The notes under the pieces: generated by a model | The model's database searches: none | Told to the model about the DNA's origin: nothing | The model's input: the letters and a program-made list of their open reading frames with translations, nothing else | Made by a program: the position numbers and the translations under genes | Part shown: positions 57,331 through 64,000 of the stretch, piece after piece | How the letters are laid out: the number at the start of each line of letters is the position of its first letter | Position numbering within the stretch: position 1 is the first letter of the stretch | Source: Macrostomum lignano | Taxonomy: Eukaryota | DNA: 64,000 nt | Assembly (NCBI GenBank): GCA_002269645.1 | Contig: NIVC01000292.1 | Span: forward strand, 682,001-746,000 | Reading direction: 5' to 3'

Positions 57331-60188
57331 GGGCCGGTTGCAAATTAACTAAAAGATTATACTTGGACCAACCAATCCAAAGAAAAACTCACATTAACAC
57401 AAAGCAAGCAAAGGGCCAAAACTGCAAGACACACCAAAATGCTCAATCGCCCATCGCAAAGACCAGCCACTGGAGGATAATCGCCTCCTCATGATCCGCG
57501 CCAGCTCAATGACCCTCAAACTGTGGAGAGCAGTGCTCAATCAAACTCGAGTCCCAGCTCAACTCACGCATGTTGCGCCATTTTTCCCCAGCTAGCAGCA
57601 GCTCCTGCCGGGGCTCCCCCCGAGCATGAAAATCTGCCAGGCACGCGAAGGCCGCGTCAGCTCCAGCTACAGCCTCCGAACTCAAAGCAGCAAGAGAAAC
57701 ATTAACAAGGGAGAGTTGCGCAACCGGGGCGAGTTGAGGCTGGAAATACTGCGAGCCCGCAGGCTTTCACTTTCCCCCACTGATCCGATCGCATCTGCAT
57801 ACACACCGGTGTGCTCATTAAATATCACGTGGCGGGAAAATGACTGCCACACACACACTCTTACTCTTTGTGTTTGTGACGCCACACGAGGAGTAACAAG
57901 AAGGGAGACGCTGAGCAGAGACTCTATAGATGTCTAAAGGTTCGTTAGTACGAGAGTAGGCAGCCCCCCCCCCCCAAGGCCTCTTATTTCTTTTCTTTTG
58001 CTAGATTTTTCCCAGCGGCGAAATTTTCCATCCATGCCCATGTATATGGCAAGTATTGGATGGGATTTTTTAGCGATAGTCGCGAGATGGCGATGGGGAA
58101 GGGCGAGAGGAGCGGATCATGAGGCTCTCACTGAGTCACTCGCTGTGGCCGATCGCGCAAACTGCAAAGCTGCCTCATTAAGTTGGCCGTGGGGATTAAA
58201 AACAGATACTGACTGACTGACTCTGAGGTGTTTGCCCGTGATCAGCGGCCAGGGGATTTTTTTCCCAGACTTTGGGGACAAATCCTAGCATGCGTTGCTG
58301 CAGCTTCCCTGATCCCTCTGCTGGCTCAAGTACCTCCCCGCCGCAGTTGAGCAGGGCAGGGGCAGTTAACTTCGGGTTGGAGAGCGGGGAAAGTGTGACG
58401 GACAGATCCCCGGGATGTAATTAGCTTGAGGGCTCGCAAGGCCGCAGCATCCAACATCAAGCACTCTGGAGCACACAGGGAGAGATGATCCCCGGGGTCA
58501 GATGAGCTCCCAGCGTCCCCGCAACTGACACTGATCCTCAGTGGCCAAGCGGCTGCAATCGCGGCTCCTCAGCCTTTGACGCAGGGTCCGGTGCGCCGGC
58601 GCACAAAGGGACTCGGACTCACTCAGGTATCGATCGATTGAGAAGGCTAATTAACAGTCCGGCGCATCTTCTACGCAGAGTTTCTGCGTTTTTCTTCCAA
58701 CAGAAAAACCCGGGGGCTGCCGCAGGAGGCTGGCGGGAATGCAAATGCAGCCGTCTGTTCAGCCTGGCCTCTGGGGAGTCTGCGAGCTCAGGCCACAACC
58801 CAGCAAATGCGATGCAAATCTAAACTCAATCAGCCCCCCCCCCGGTGATGTCGCCTGTCTAAAGTGCAGCCGCTGGCAGCTGGCCGGCCGTTGCGCAATC
58901 AATTAAAGGCGGGTTTGCATCGCAATTGAGTTGCCGCAGAAGCCAATTTATCAACTGCTCGGCCGCGGCCAGCTTGGTGAGCAGCGCCGCCCGTCTTGCA
59001 GCTTCCTTCAGCATCCTCAATCCTCATCAATTCCCACCGGGCCGGAACAGACGGGCTAATAAAGCAGGTACAGGCAGGTGAGGCTCTCTCACTGCCTGCC
59101 CGGCGGTGTAATCAGAGGCCTGGCAAAAGGATGGGCTGGGAGCGGCCCAGGTGAAAGCTGAGACTAGGAAAGGTGGAGCAGCGACTGTCTCGCTTTGAAG
59201 GGAGCGCGGATGAGAAGAAGGACAGAGGAGTGAGCAGAGAGCCTGCCATTCACCGATGAGGCTGAGCACACAAAAGACGCCCTCTACCCCCCGAGTTCCC
59301 CTGAGTCCATCCAGTGTTTGTCCTCCCATTCGAACGGGGAGGGGCAGCATGATGATGAATGGCCCGCGCGCGCGACTCTGCTTTGCATAAAATCGATGCT
59401 TGATGAAAAAGCTGCGTTACCTGGACTGCCTACCTGCCCAAGTCCCCCCATCCCCAGCTGTCCTTTCGCCTCAGCGTCCCCACTTAGAGACAGAGAAGGC
59501 AGCCGCTGCATCTGCGATATCCGCGCACTCCCGGGGCAGGAGGGGGGCATGCAATGAGTTTCCAGGGGCGCAAAAGGCAAAAAAGCAGCAGCCGCTTGTT
59601 GCTGCAGGCAGTGCAAACAATAAATGCCTTGTAGCTGGGGCCCGCGGCTGGCGATAAACTCTGGGGCAAAGGGGGAGTAACAATGGGAAATCAGAGCGTT
59701 TTTATTTTTCATAATTAATAATTCAACACTGTAATAATAATAATTCCGATAATTATTATTATTATTATTAGTCACACTGACCTGAAGCAGCAGAATGTTT
59801 TTGTGCTTATTCAGTCAAAGGGATTTTCGGGTCTACGCAAAGTTTCATGTTATTTGAATTTAATTAAAAGTTTACGGCATACTTATACTGTCTAATAAAA
59901 AATCAGAGTGCAGCCAGTGGGGAGTGGAAGTTTTATGGGCCGCTATTATTAATTGCAAATAATTCAGCTTGGGGGCCCTGTATGGGAAAGTCTCAGTCGG
60001 CGGCAAACATCAAAGGCGATTCATTTACAAAGCGGTCAACCTTTGAGGCGGTGCGCCGCGCGCGGCTGATTGGTCTGGGTAGAGGGGGAGGGGGCAGGGA
60101 GCGAACCCACGTTAGCCGGTGGCGCAGGTGCGGCTGAACCACAATGTCTGCGTTCGAGTAAATTTTATTTACTAAATACTACTGTGCA

Positions 60189-60980
60189 GGCAAGTGTTAC
60201 ATTTCCATTACTTTACATTACTAATATACACAGAACTGGGGGGCGTTTCATCTCTTCAAGCAATCAAGGCAAGTGTTACATTTCCATTACTTTACATTAC
60301 TAATATACACAGAACTGGGGGGCGTTTCATCTCTTCAAGCAATCAAGGCAAGTGTTACATTTCCATTACTTTACATTACTAATATACACAGAACTGGGGG
60401 GCGTTTCATCTCTTCAAGCAATCAAGGCAAGTGTTACATTTCCATTACTTTACATTACTAATATACACAGAACTGGGGGCGTTTCATCTCTTCAAGCAAT
60501 CAAGGCAAGTGTTACATTTCCATTACTTTACATTACTAATATACACAGAACTGGGGGTGTTTCATCTCTTCAAGCAATCAAGGCAAGTGTTACATTTCCA
60601 TTACTTTACATTACTAATATACACAGAACTGGGGGCGTTTCATCTCTTCAAGCAATCAAGGCAAGTGTTACATTTCCATTACTTTACATTACTAATATAC
60701 ACAGAACTGGGGGGTGTTTCATCTCTTCAAGCAATCAAGGCAAGTGTTACATTTCCATTACTTTACATTACTAATATACACAGAACTGGGGGGCGTTTCA
60801 TCTCTTCAAGCAATCAAGGGCAAGTGTTACATTTCCATTACTTTACATTACTAATATACACAGAACTGGGGGGCGTTTCATCTCTTCAAGCAATCAAGGC
60901 AAGTGTTACATTTCCATTACTTTACATTACTAATATACACAGAACTGGGGGGTGTTTCATCTCTTCAAGCAATCAAGGGC
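60189..60980. repeat. 79-bp minisatellite, about 10 copies
   Basis: ORF-track starts recur every 79 nt (60194, 60273, 60352, 60431). Confidence 0.95.
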
Positions 60981-61410
60981 AAGGCCCAATGGCCCATGCA
61001 GCCCGAAAGTGCGCAGAAAGACCCGACTCTGACAACGCATTCTTGCGCATTCCTGGCTGTGCCAGGCCAAAAACATTTACTCTATTTAACTACTGTATAA
61101 CCTTGATGAGGCAACCGAAGTACGCTGGCATGGCACCCTCAAATCACCTTTGCTTAGCAATGCTGCAGCTGGTTCATTGTGAGTCTGTTAACAAGTGCTG
61201 CCCCTTTGGCTGCAAGAGCGGCCTATACTCGTAAAAGCGAATCTGTGACTGCACTCACCCGTTTTAGTCAGGGGTCAGTGCCAGGTAAAGAACCTTGCGC
61301 TAATGGCATATAAGATGAGAGATGAAAGGAGAGAAGAGGTGAGAAAGAAGATGAGAGGAGAGAGAAGAGAAACGAAAGAAAATGGAAGAGAAGAGAGAAA
61401 CGAGTGGAGA

Positions 61411-61535
61411 GGGGGCGCCATCACAAACCCTAAATATCATAATCCCGAAATGTCATATTCTCGAAAACTCTGACAAGCCCCTGCGTTTTGGATTTTCGAG
61501 AAAATGATATTTAGGGTTTGTGATGCCCCCCCCCC
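61411..61535. mobile_element. MITE-like inverted-repeat element
   Basis: CATCACAAACCCTAAATATCAT (61419-61440) is the exact reverse complement of 61504-61525, with G-run and C-run outer ends. Possible GAGAG TSD in low-complexity flanks. Confidence 0.5.
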
Positions 61536-63936
61536 GAGAGAGGATCGAGAGAAGAGAAGAGAGAGCTCGAGAGAGAAGGTATAGCTCGTGACTCGTGAGA
61601 GAGCTGAGAAGAGACCCTGAGCGGCCGGATTGCTATTGTGAAGTTTCAAAGGACCCGAGGCCCGGATAGAGAGGCTTCGCGGGCCGGAGTCTGCCGACCC
61701 CTGCTTAGTTATAGAGAAATCCTTGGCAGCCTGGAGCCAACACACCTGAACTAAATTGGAATTCACAGGTACACGGGTGTGTTTTACGCGTCATTATATT
61801 ATATTATTAATATCGAACACAACCTGGCATTTCTAGTTAGTTAGTTAGTTTTTTTCTACCTGGAGAGCGGGGTGGAGGGGCTTCAGTCGGGGGGCGATAA
61901 GGAGGCTCCACAATATGCGCTTTGCTTTGCGCTTACACGAGGGCGGCGAGTCTCAAAAGTAAGGCTGAGTGATCTTGCGCCGCGGCATTAATTACTGCGA
62001 TTCCATATTCACCTATTCAGGTATTCAAGGTGGGCGCCCAGCTGCTTGCGCAAAAAAATAAGAATATTTTGCAAGGATGTGGGGTGTTAAATTGGGGAAG
62101 ACAGCGCCGGCAGAGATGCGGGAGTGAGCACAGGTGAGAGAGCGAGAACATAACGAAGCCCTGAACTCAGGTGTGGATGTGGAATCACTTATCACAGCGG
62201 GCGGCCCCTTTAGTTTTTTATAGTTGAGCTCATGCTCACAGAAGAAGAGCGCACTTAATTTCCCCGGCTCCCATCTGGTTTGAGCATTGGTGAGCTCGGC
62301 AGTTCGGTAAAATTTGCGCCTCATTTGATGGCACTGGCTGGTTGCTACCTCAGGCTCGGCGCCTCGACTTGACGAATGCGTTATTAAATATTAACGCCGC
62401 ATTTTATTGGGACGGCAAGCAGTCGCGGGGCCAGAGTTGGAAAAGCCACCACAGCGATACAAGTCGAGAGACAAATGCGCACATAAGCACACTTGGAGCA
62501 ATGGCGAGATCAATAAGCCGAGCGTGCCGTACGCAACCCTTAGCCGAATCCGAGAAGTCAAAAATAGAAAACTCATTCATATTCGAAGGCGAGGCAAGAG
62601 GCAAGCAACTTTTACTCGGATCAATAAACGGCTCAATTTGGGATTAACGAGTGAAAAAGGAAAACACTTTATTTCGCTTTATCAAGCGTAACGCCTGAGA
62701 TGAGATATGAATACCTGGGTAACTATTTGTCTGTTATAAACCCCGGTCGCATATGTTTAATTGCCGAGGGAATTCCCGCAGAACCGCAAAGGCGCAGACA
62801 GAGCCTGCAGTGGCCACCCATCTTGCTAGCTGTGCTCAGGCTGTGTGCTCAGCTCTTTTGTTGTTTTAATTAGCTAGGCAGTATATATTTTCTCACATTC
62901 GCACCAGCGAAAACTAGAGTCTGTTCTCAATTCTGTTGCATCTAATTCTCAACTAGCTCAATAGCTGCTGGAGGCTCAAGGGACCCTTAGTCGTGAAACA
63001 GCGTGCTTTATGGACACATGACATCTTTGCCGCTGTCAGGCCTGTCATATACTTGCTACTTAAATGCCTTCATCTTATCAGAATGTCAGACTCCCCAGGT
63101 AGCCCAGGTATAGCACGTGAAAATTTTGTTTGGGTCTCATCTCATCTCACCGCGTTTATGTGCATATTTTCAATTAGTTTTACAAGATTATATCTCTATG
63201 AATTTTATTAGGCCATGACACACGAAAGCAGGTGCGAAAAAGGTGGTCACAGAGACAGGCAATAAACAAGTGCGCTTTTGCACTTTTCTACTGGAGAAAT
63301 ATTCTTTGTTTCGCGAGGCATATAATCAATCTAGTTCCTTCCTTTGTTTGCAAAGTTTATTCCAAGTTTTTCGAGTGCCTGTCTGAGCCCTCGGCCCGTT
63401 TATGATTTTCAAGCTCCCCCAGCTCTCCATCCAGGGGGCGGCTTCTCAGCACTGGGCAGTGATCTAAGTTTGCTCAACTGCAATACTGCATCGCAAAAGC
63501 TTTGGAAAAGAGCAAACAATTAGGCCTGTTGCGTGACTCACAGTCACAGGTGACTCACAAACGAATCGAGTAAAAACGCCTCACTTACACCCCCTCTGAG
63601 CCCCGGAGACCGGATGGAGAGGCAGCTGAAGAATCGAGAGGGAGAAATTGAGCACTTGGGCCTTCCTATTACGGATTTCAGGTCCGTGATTTATGTCCAA
63701 CTCGGCTGAGAAGCTATGCTTATGCTATACATATACAGACTGCGAGACTGTCACTCGGGTCTCTGACCCTGTGATTTACATAACAAGCCCAGGCCTTCCC
63801 AATTTCCGTTGAAATTCTCAGAAAAGAGCCAGCCAGTGTTATTGGGGCAAAAGCGGGGAACTGGGAAAGGTGTAAATAGGACAGACAGACAGACAGAATA
63901 AATAGAATTATTAATTTATTATGCATCACAACTCAC

Positions 63937-63997
63937 CTTGCAACAGGTAGGCCTGCACAATTAGCAGCAGTAGCAGCTTCAATAATTTAGCCGGCAT
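63937..63997 (-). CDS. DDR: DDR exon 1 (signal peptide MPAKLLKLLLLLIVQAYLLQ-G)
   Basis: ATG at 63997, 20 codons with a basic start and hydrophobic core, then donor CAAG|GTGAGT. Its phase 1 matches the exon 2 acceptor. Missed by the ORF track. Confidence 0.75.
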
Positions 63998-64000
63998 AAT

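Overview
Eukaryotic (metazoan) genomic DNA with GT-AG introns and dense minisatellites. The GC-rich coding style and repeat-filled introns resemble a flatworm such as Macrostomum (inference only). Three host genes lie on the minus strand. (1) An apparently complete 8-exon discoidin domain receptor tyrosine kinase (DDR, 24235-63997, about 1028 aa), including a signal-peptide exon at the far right edge; exon 6 has two 1-nt frameshifts. (2) A 3-exon ankyrin-repeat + STE-type Ser/Thr kinase gene (17803-20363, about 590 aa). (3) The ankyrin exon of a paralogue (358-2342) whose kinase exons are predicted to lie left of the window. Between the two ankyrin genes is a cluster of mobile DNA: a hAT MITE, a full-length Ty3/Gypsy LTR element with 142-bp LTRs and 4 lesions, a deleted piggyBac, a tRNA-derived SINE-like head, and a degraded Polinton/adintovirus-like remnant. 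The remnant carries a DDE integrase and a PLA2-like gene split by an 878-nt GT..AG insert, and the insert encodes a PD-(D/E)xK nuclease resembling giant-virus restriction-like enzymes. An intact 5.8-kb LOA/R1-type LINE sits inside a minisatellite in DDR intron 1. More than 20 tandem arrays are present, several seeded at splice sites or a stop codon. No CRISPR array, rRNA or functional tRNA is supported.
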